Below, in pieces: positions 18,812-27,387 of a DNA stretch of 64,000 nt. The stretch lies in NCBI RefSeq assembly GCF_009914755.1, contig NC_060925.1; one strand, 5' to 3'. The DNA is from the human T2T-CHM13v2.0 reference genome, Homo sapiens. Every line of letters begins with the position of its first letter. Within the stretch, counting starts at the first letter, position 1. Below the pieces are notes generated by a model. That model did no database searches, had not been told where the DNA came from, and saw nothing but the letters and a program-made list of their open reading frames with translations. The position numbers and the translations under genes are program-made.

Positions 18812-19793
18812 TTACAATTTGGCATGTTTTTGCAGTGGCTGGTACCAGTTGTTCCTTTCCATGTTTAGTGCTTCCTTCAGGAGCTCTTTTAGGGCAAGCA
18901 AATCTTTCAGCATTTGCTTGTCTGTAAAGGATTTTATTTCTCCTTCACTTATGAAGCTTAGTTTGGCTGGATATGAAATTCTGGGTTGAAAATTCTTTTC
19001 TTTAAGAATGTTGAATATTGGCCCCCACTCTCTTCTGGCTTGAAGAGTTTCTGCCGAGAGATCAGCTGATAGTCTGATGGGCTTCCCTTTGTGGGTAACC
19101 TGACCTTTCTCTCTGGCTGCCCTTAACATTTTTTCCTTCATTTCAACTTTGGTGAATTTGACAATTATGTGTCTTGGAGTTTCTCTTCTTGAGGAGTATC
19201 TTTGTGGCGTTCTCTGTGTTTCCTGAATCTGAATGTTGGCCTGCCTTGCTAGATTGGGGAAGTCCTCCTGGATAATATCTTGCAGAGTGTTTTCCAACTT
19301 AGTTCCATTCTCCCCGTCACTTTCAGGTACACCAATCAGACGTAGGTTTGGTCTTTTCACAGAGTCCCATAATTCCTGGAGGCTTTGTTCGTTTCATTTT
19401 ATTCTTTTTTCTCTAAACTTCCCTTCTCCCTTCGTTTCATTCATTTCATCTTCCATCACTGACACCCTTTCTTCCAGTTGATTGCATCAGCGCCTGAGGC
19501 TTCTGCCTTCTTCACGTAGTTCTCGAAACTTGGCTTTCAGCTCCATCAGATCGTGTAAGCATTTCTCTGCATTGGTTATTCCAGTTATACATTCGTCTAA
19601 TTGTTTTTCAAAGTTTTTAACTTCTTTGCTATTGGTTTGAATTTCCTCCTGTAGCTCGCAGTAGTTTGATCATGTGAAGCCTTCTTCTCTCAAATCGTCA
19701 AAGTTATTCTCTGGTGAGGAACTGCATTCCTTTGGAGAAGGAGAGACACTCTGCTTTTTAGTGTTTCCAGTTTTTCTGCTGTTTTCTCCCCAT
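18812..19793 (-). pseudogene. L1 ORF1, disrupted
   Basis: ATGGGGAGAAAACAG at 19793 with an early small deletion relative to the recalled consensus; C-terminal part KRPNLRLIGVPE...PRHIIVKF...YPAKLSF...QKHAKL* is open (18812-19360). Confidence 0.95.
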
Positions 19794-20369
19794 CTTTGTG
19801 GTTTTATCAACTTTTGGCCTTTGATGATGGTGATGTACAGATGGGTTTTTGGTGTGGGTGTCCTTTCTGTTTGTTAGTTTTCCTTCTAACAGACAGGACC
19901 CTCAGCTGCAGGTCTGTTGGAGTTTACTAGAGGTCTATGCCAGAGCCTGTTTGCCTGGGTATCAGCAGCAGTGGCGGCAGAACAGCGAATTTTCGTGAAC
20001 CACAAATTCAGCTGTCTGATCATTCCTCTGGAAGTTTGGTCTCAGAGGACTACCCGGCCGAGTGAGGTGTCAGTCTGTCCCTACAGGGGGGTGCCTCCCA
20101 GTTAGGCTGCTCGGGGTTCCGTGACCCACTTTAGGAGGCAGTCTGCCCAGTGTCAGATCTCCAGTTGCGTGCTGGGAGAACCACTACTCTCTTCAAAGCT
20201 GTCAGACAGGGACATTTAAGTCTGCAGAGGTTACTGCTGACATTTTGTGTGTCTATGCCCTGCCCCCCGAGGTGGAGCCTACAGAGGCAGGCAGGCCTCC
20301 TGGAGCTGTTGTGGGTTCCACCCAGTTCCAGCTGCCTGGCTGCTTTGTTTACCTAAGAAAGCCAGGGCA

Positions 20370-20624
20370 ATGGCGGGCCCCACTCCCCCAGCCTCGCTGC
20401 CGCCTTGCAGTTTGATCTCAGAGTGCCATGCTAGCAATCAGCAAGACTCCATTGGCATAAGACCCTCTGAGCCAGGTGCGGGACACAATCTCCTGGTGTG
20501 CCGTTTTCCAAGCCTGTTGGAAAAGTGCAGTATTAGGGTGAGAGTGACCCGATTTTCCAGGTGCCATCTGTCACCCCATTCTTTGACTAGGAAAGGGAAC
20601 TTCCTGACCCCTTGTGCTTCCTGA
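20370..20624 (+). CDS. L1 ORF0 (antisense 5'UTR ORF), open, 84 aa
   Basis: ATG at 20370 in GCAATGG context; MAGPTPPASLPPCSLISECHASNQQDSIGIRPSEPGAGHNLLV...RVTRFSRC matches primate ORF0. Expression is not shown by the sequence. Confidence 0.7.
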   Translation: MAGPTPPASLPPCSLISECHASNQQDSIGIRPSEPGAGHNLLVCRFPSLLEKCSIRVRVTRFSRCHLSPHSLTRKGNFLTPCAS

Positions 20625-20823
20625 GTGAGGCAATGCCTCACCCTGCTTCGGCTCCCACACGGTGGGCTGCACCCACTGTCCTGTACCCACTGTTTGGCAC
20701 TCCCTTACTGAGATGAACCCAGTACCTCAGATGGAAAAGCAGAAATCACCCATCTTCTGCGTCGCTCATGCTGGGAGCTGTAGAGTGGAGTTGTTCCTAT
20801 TAGGCCATCTTGGCTCCACCCCT

Positions 20824-21232
20824 CATTTCATTATTTCATCATTTCATCATTTCACTTCATTTCATCATTTCATTTTATCTTTTCATACCATTTCTTCATT
20901 TCATCATTTCATCATTTCATTTCATTTCACCATTTCACTTCATTTCATTTCAGCATTTCATTTCATTTCATTTCCTCATTTCACTGCACCATTTCATTTC
21001 ATCATTTCATCATTCCATTTCATCATTTCATCATTTCATTTCACCTCATCATTTCATTTCTTCATCTCATTTCATTTCAGCATTTCATTTCATCATTTCA
21101 CCATTTCATTTCATCTCATCATTTCATTACATTTCATCATTTTATCATATCATTTCATTTCACTTCATCAATTCATCATTTCATTTCATCATTTCATTTC
21201 ATGTCATCATTTAATCATTTCATTTCATTTCA
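20824..21232 (+). repeat. (CATTT)n/(CATCATTT)n satellite-like simple repeat
   Basis: About 410 bp of mixed 5- and 8-mers, nearly devoid of G on the + strand. Confidence 0.93.
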
Positions 21233-22107
21233 GCGATACATGTATTTAAGTGCTAATGTGATGCCCAGGAAACACCCTATTTCCCTTTGTAAAAGACCTC
21301 CTTCAACAAAACTCAACCTCTCATGGCTGGCTAAGTCTACAGGGCTACGAGCCTCTATTCAACCACCCAATTTGGTTCAGAACCTCAAACAGCACCTCAG
21401 TTTCATAAAAACCTAAAACATAAACACAACACTTGGTTGTAAGTGAGCCAACAGTTTCTTGTCTCTTTCTCTGCTCAAGGCTTAAGGCCGTGTCTCCCCA
21501 ACTATGTTCAGTGGAAGAAAAGATCCCCTGGACAAATAAGTTTGAGAACTGTTGTGGCAGGACTTCTGAGAACCTTTAAAACACAAATCCTCATCCGCAG
21601 GGATCTTCAGGAGGGAGATGGCTGATGCAGCACAACTTTCTTTCACAGGAGCATCTTGCAGAATACCGTATGAGATGCAGAAAGGCTGCATTGAGTCTTT
21701 TTAAGGGCCAGAGCCTTTGTGGCGGTGGGGTAGGAGCTCTCCAGATAGCATCTAATGTGTAGGAAAATTCAGGTTGCTTTTTTTTTTCCTTACTGGCAAA
21801 ACTGTGTGTGCATCATGAATGAAGCCGGTCTCCCTTATCCATATCAAAACTAAACCCAAATTAATTGGCTAAATTGGGACTCAACACCTCCAGGAGCCAT
21901 GTGGAAGAAAGCCCCACCACACTTTAAAGTAGCTTACCTCATCATATTTGAGGAAAGCAAAACGCTTATGATCAGTATGCTGCTAAAACAAGTCAACAGA
22001 TAATGCTGTATGAAAAACTAGTTTTCCCAATCATAGCTAGCATAGTCCACATTTTGCATTACACCTTCCCTCCTTTTTTAAAATTTTAAACACAGTTCCT
22101 TTTCTCT

Positions 22108-22253
22108 CCTTTTTTTTAAATTTTAATTTAATTATACAAGACGGAGTCTCAGTATGTTGCCCAGACTGGTCTTCAACTCCTGAGATCAAATGATACATCC
22201 GTCTCCGCCTCCCAAAGTGCAGAGATTACAGGCCTGAGACACTGTGCCCGGCC
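22108..22253 (-). mobile_element. FLAM / Alu left monomer
   Basis: 'gacggagtctcagtatgttgcccagactggtcttcaactcctg...cctcccaaagtgc...gattacaggcctgagacactgtgcccggcc'. Confidence 0.85.
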
Positions 22254-22620
22254 TTAGACACAAATCTTAATTCATTCTTACAATCATCCTGAGGTTAGAG
22301 AAATGGAAGGGGAAGAAAAATGGCAAGCAGATAGGCTGACTTCGGCTTCATTATTTGGAAGGACAGTTTGCTTGGTTAAAACACACTACTGCCCACAAAG
22401 GCCAAGACAACAGAAAAATACAGACATATAAATAGATTTTATATGTGACAGCAGTTTGAATGGAGACTTTTTCAATGCAAATGGCAAACAGCTGTCCTTG
22501 GGAATAAATGACAAGAATTTTTTTTTTTATCTCAACAGCTGTCCTGAGAGCATGTCTCTACATCTCTACCTGCATTCTGGAATCAGGGAGGAAGCCAAAA
22601 CGGACGACAAGACACTAGAT

Positions 22621-22814
22621 CAGCCGTGTCCAACCCTTTGACTACAAGGACTTTTCCGCCTATCTGTGGTGGTGGGTATCATGAAAATTATGAACAAACC
22701 TTTTTTTTTTTTTAAGCTCATCAACTATCATTAGCAGTAGTGTATTTTATCTGTGGCCCAGGAGCATTCTTCTTCCAATGTGGCCCTGAGAAGTCAAAAG
22801 ACTGGACACCTGTG
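22621..22814. mobile_element. MER30-type hAT-Charlie MITE with 8-bp target-site duplication
   Basis: Termini 'cagccgtgtccaa' and 'ctggacacctgtg' form imperfect TIRs; both flanks carry CACTAGAT (22613-22620 and 22815-22822). Confidence 0.8.
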
Positions 22815-22935
22815 CACTAGATCAAAAGGCTACTCCTTCTGGAAGCAATTGTAAAGAATTTCTGACATTATCTTGACATGAAAACCAATGGATAGTGGGA
22901 CAGAATGCAAAATCTTCAAGAATTTTTCTTGTTGG

Positions 22936-23202
22936 TTTTTTTTTTTTTTTTTTTTGAGTCAAGGTGTTGCTCTGTGGCCCAGGCTGGAGTACACTGGTGA
23001 GATCACAGCTCAGTGCAGGGCTCAAGTGCTCCTCCCGCCTCAGCCACAGTAGTAGCTAGGACTACAGATGTGCACAACCACTCCTGGCTAATATTTTATT
23101 TTTTGTAGAGATGGGGTCTCAGTATATTGTCCAGGTTGGTCTCAAACTCCTTGACTCAAGGGATCCAGGACAGGATAACAGGCGTGAGCCACCACACCTG
23201 GC
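22936..23202 (-). mobile_element. AluJ-type element with internal deletions
   Basis: Poly(T), then 'gagtcaaggtgttgctctgtggcccaggctggagtac...tttttgtagagatggggtctc...caggcgtgagccaccacacctggc'. Confidence 0.88.
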
Positions 23203-23589
23203 TATGTGCATGAACTTTTAAGACAAATACAAGGCTCCATAAAAGTTAAGGTTTTCCCACCTAATTTCCCGGGGATCTTTTGGTGCAAGGATGAGAAACC
23301 CTTAAAAGTACACAGACATCTCCAAAGATTCAAGACAGTTCATTCGGGCTGAGCCAGCCCACTGGGCAGACTGACCTTCAAACAAGGCCCACCCATGACA
23401 TACACCAGATGGCTCTCCAAGAATCTCTCCATTTCTCAAGGTCCCTAAGGTACTGGACAGAGCTAGGAAAGGAAACCCATTTGCTTCTTCCTGCAGGAAA
23501 CCCCTTGAGGTCAAGACCCCACAATCAGACGAGGATGGAGTGGCTCACCCTCAGTCAACAGGCCAGACTCAAGGTGGTATAGTGTCTTA

Positions 23590-23730
23590 ACTAAGGGTGT
23601 GGGACTCCAGGTCTGAATCCGAACTTAGTTCTCCTTTGGTAACCACACTTTGTTAATTTTCCTTAACAGGGGTTCCTGGCAAGTCATTTCTCCCTCAGAC
23701 CTTCGGTTTCCTCACCTACAAGATGGGAAG
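23590..23730 (+). mobile_element. MIR fragment
   Basis: MIR core-like 'ggcaagtcatttctccctcagaccttcggtttcctcacctacaagatggg'. Confidence 0.6.
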
Positions 23731-24027
23731 GCTGCACCAGATGGAAGTTCCGGGCGTAAGGGGATGTCCACGCGCAGCCCACCCCACCCACGGGCCCCTT
23801 GAGCCTCCATCACAGTTCCCAACACGCACCCGCCCCACAAATCTTGCCCAAGGTGAGGGCTGGTCCCGCGTCCTATGGCTGCCGAATCAGCGAGTGCAGG
23901 AGGGAGGAGAAGCCTCCAAGGGGGCGACGCGGGCTCAAGGTTGCAACTCGGCCAGGAGTGAACTGGGGCCCCGAAGGAGATGTCCAGTCCGGTGCTGGAG
24001 CCCAGCCCTGGTCCCCAATCCCCTTAC

Positions 24028-24258
24028 CTGCACGGTCTGTATCTCCTGCTGGGTGAGGTCCTTGGACACAGCGCACTTGGTGCACAGCACGCGCAGCCTG
24101 CCAACGGAGATGCCGATGAGCTTCTGGAGCTGCCCGCACTGCTGCAGCACCTGGCTGGCTGCGACCCTTGCGCCTCCCTCCGCGATAGCTGCGTCACCCC
24201 CGCCACCGCTCTCCTTCTCCTCTCCCATCGGGGCCAAGTGCAGCGCCGCTCTATGCAG
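24028..24258 (-). pseudogene. KSR1: KSR1 exon-1 copy (unprocessed pseudogene fragment, KSR1P-type); encodes the N-terminal CA1/coiled-coil part of kinase suppressor of Ras 1
   Basis: Translates to (L)[76 protein letters not shown]. This is colinear with the recalled KSR1 sequence [77 protein letters not shown]. It spans 231 nt and ends at a CAG|GTAAGG donor. Confidence 0.93.
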
Positions 24259-24404
24259 GCTGCAGCGGCCCAGGAACAGAGCCTGGGGCGTGGGTGTCTA
24301 GGCAAGGAACCCCCGAAATGGGAGAGCTCGACCAGGAGTGGCCCTCGGCGCTGCCTTAGCCAGGACGCCAGTAGATCTGGCAGCCGAGTCTGCCGATCCC
24401 GCCC

Positions 24405-25790
24405 ACAGACCCGCGGTGGTGGGGGGAAAAAACCCGCAACGGCGGGGTGAAAAAGCCGCAGCGGTAAAAACCTGTGGCGGCGGCAGCAAAAAGCCGCGTC
24501 GGTAAAAAGCCGCGGCAGCAGGGAAAATGCCGTGGTGATGGGGGCAAAAAGCCGCGGCGGCGGGCGCAAAAAGCCGCAACGGTGGAGTCAAAAAGCCTGG
24601 GCGGTGGGGGAAATAGCCGGGGCGACGGGGGCAACAAGCCACGGCGGCCGAGGCAAACAGCCCCGGCGACAAAAACTGCGGTGGCGGGGGCAAAAAGTCG
24701 CGGCGGCGGGGGCAAAAAGCTGCGGTGACGCCGGCAAAAAGCCATAAAAAGCCGCAGCGTCGGGGGCAGAAAGCCGCGACGGCAGGGGCAAAAAGCCGCG
24801 GTGGTGGGGTAAGAAGCCGCGGTGGCAAAAAGATACGGCGGCGGGGCCAAAAAGGCGCGGCGGGGGCAAAACGGTGCGGCGGCGGCAAAAAGCCGCGGCG
24901 GCGGGGGCAGAAATCCTCAAAAAGCCGCGGCGTCCGGTGCCAAAAGCCGCAAAAAGCCGCGGCGCAGGGGCTAAAAAGCCGCCAAAAGCCGCGGCAGAGG
25001 GGGCAAAAAGTAGGGGCGGCAAAAAGCCACGAAGGCGGGGACATGAAGCCTCAAAAACCCTTAGCGGCAGGGGCAAAAACCCGTGGCGGCGGGGGCAAAA
25101 AGCGGCTGGGGTGATAAAAATCCTCGGCGGCGGGGGCAGGAAGCCGCGTAGGGGGCAAGGAGCCGCGGCTGCGGGGGCAAAAAGCTGCGGTGGCGGGGGC
25201 AAAAAGCCGCAAAAAGCCAGGGCAGTGGGGGCAAGAAGACGCGGCTGGAAAAAGCTGCGGCGGCGGGGGAAAAAAGCCGCGGCGGCGGGGGGCGAAAAGG
25301 CGTAAAAAGCCGCGGTGGCGGGGGCCAAAAGCCGCGGCAGCAAAAAGCCGCAAAAAGCCGGGGCGGCGGGGCAAAAAGCCGCGGCGGAGGGGCAAGAAGC
25401 CGCGGAGGGAAAAACCTGCGGAGGCGGGGGCGAAAAGCAGTAAAAAGCCACGGCGCCGGGGGCCAAAAGCCATAAAAAGGCGCGGCGGCGGCGGTGACAA
25501 AAAGCCGCTGCGGAAAAATTCGCGGTGGCAGGGGCAAAAAGCTGCGACAGCAGGGGGAAAAAGGCCGCAAAAAGCCGCGGCGGCGAGGGCAAAAAGCCGC
25601 GGCGGCGGGGGGAGAAAGATGCAAAAAGCCGCGGCGGCAAAAAGCCGCGGCGGTGAGCGCAAAGAGCCCCAAAAAGCCGCGGCGGCGAGTGCTAAATTCC
25701 GCGAGGCTGGGGGCAGAAAGCCGCAAAAACCCGCAGCGGCGGGGTCAAAAATCCATGGCGGCAAAAAGCCGTGTCGGCTCGGGCAAAATA
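24405..25790 (+). repeat. GC-rich pericentromeric repeat, ~22-bp degenerate unit GGGGGCAAAAAGCCGCGGCGGC with 10-bp CAAAAAGCCG subunits; CpG island-like
   Basis: Dozens of visible copies with many CCGCGG sites and strong G/A strand skew; resembles the CAAAAAG/GGGCAAAAGCCG repeat class known from pericentromeric duplication boundaries. Confidence 0.92.
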
Positions 25791-25933
25791 GTGGAAATGG
25801 GGTAGAAGGCCAGCGCAGCTTGGCATTCCTGGAGTTTGATGTGGAAGGAAAAGTGCAGAGGAAGACAAACAAAGATGTAGGTAGGCTTGATTCAGTGCAG
25901 CTAAGAACCCACATGTTATCTTGATGTTATCTA

Positions 25934-26061
25934 TCAGCTAATTTTTTGTATTTTAGTAGAGAAGGGGTTTTACCAAGTTGGCCAGGATGGTCTCGATCTC
26001 CTGACCTCATGATCCACGCACCTCAGCCTCCCAAAGTGGTGGGATTAGAGGCATAAGCCAC
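25934..26061 (-). mobile_element. Truncated AluSc-like left arm
   Basis: 'cagctaattttttgtattttagtagag...ggccaggatggtctcgatctcctgacctcatgatcc...cctcccaaagtg...aggcataagccac'; right arm and tail absent. Confidence 0.85.
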
Positions 26062-27092
26062 AAAGTGCTCAAAAAATCTATTAATTAAAAAATGTGTATG
26101 TAGCCGTCTTTAATCTACCATGTCCATTAGCAGATAAATACTGTAAGCAAAATAACAACAATGAAAGAAACAGACTTAGAGTAGATACTGTGATTTATTT
26201 AATAAAAATTTGAAAATAGACCAAATTACTCTATGATAAAAAAAAATCTGTTACTATTGAGGATGAGGGTTAGTGTTTGGAAAGGGGCAGGAGAAGTATC
26301 TCTATTTTTAGTAATGTTCTATTTTCATACATGGTTATCAGCAAATACATGTGTTTCATTAATGAAGCTATCCATATTTAATCATGGTATTTTTCTGCAT
26401 GTATATGTCAATAAATGTCTTAAATTATATACAGCAAAAATAGACAAAAACACCAGAAGACATACACAAATGTTAAACCTAGAGAGAAATTTGAATATAA
26501 GTAAGTCTCTGAATGACTGATAGAACAAACCGAAAAATAGGATGGAGAGGTCTGGAAGAGCATGATTAGCAAAATTTATATATCTGTCTTTTAATATAGG
26601 TAGAAACAGTTAGATAAAAAAAAGACTTGTCTCAGAGCATGATTTCTGAAAATAGTGGAGTCGAGTTTGAATCTAGTAAGTACATATAAATAAATGTCTT
26701 AAAACTCCTCTTATGTTAGCTAATTAAGAAATATTATTGTAATAGACATTAGAAAATATTTTAATAAATTGAGTGCATTTCACACGCTAAGGAAATGATC
26801 TTACTTGCATTTGATAGTTCAATTAGATACATATATACCTATAGGTACTTTAAAATATTTCTAATAACCTTATATACTTTTAAAAAGCATTGATATATGT
26901 TTGCACTATCTGGTCTATAGAGTACACATACCAAACATGATTATAGCTCTTCTGCTATAAACTTCAAATGTCTAATTAATACAAAAATCTAGAATGAGAA
27001 GAGTTCTTTGCAATTTTTTTTTACCAAATAGAGTATAGGAAAGATAGCTGCAAATATACCTGACACACTTATCTGTGAGTATGGTGGTAGCC

Positions 27093-27387
27093 TTTTTATT
27101 TTATTTTATTTTGAGAGAGGGTCTCACTTTGTCACCCAAGATGGAGTGCAGTCATGTGATCACAGCTCACTGAAGCCTTCACATACTGTGCTCAAGCGAT
27201 TCTCCCAACTCAGTCTCCTGAGTAGCAGGGACTGCAAGTGCATGACACCATAGTAGCTAATTTTTGTAAAGATGGGATTTCACCATGTTGCCCTGGCTGA
27301 TCTCCATCTCCTGGACTCAAGAGATCTGGCCACATTGGCCTCCCAAAGTGCTGGGATTATAGTTTTGGGGCACCGCGATCAGCCCAG
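27093..27387 (-). mobile_element. AluJ-type element
   Basis: (TTTTA)n tail, then 'gagagagggtctcactttgtcaccc...ggcctcccaaagtgctgggattat'. Confidence 0.9.

Noticed and set aside
20662-21249. His/Phe/Ile/Ser-rich ORFs resembling metal-binding proteins
   Set aside because: They are translations of the G-poor CATTT repeat.
24028-24258. Functional KSR1 gene
   Set aside because: Only exon 1 is present, it is diverged from KSR1, and the intron is cut off by satellite and L1 after about 2.8 kb.
24405-25790. rDNA, D4Z4 or SVA VNTR as the identity of the GC-rich block
   Set aside because: No rRNA, DUX4 homeobox, CCCTCT hexamer or SINE-R sequence is visible, and the unit differs.
24474-25924. Lys/Arg/Gly/Ala-rich histone-H1- or protamine-like ORFs and long minus-strand ORFs
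   Set aside because: They are open in nearly all frames because the repeat lacks stop codons; there is no independent coding evidence.
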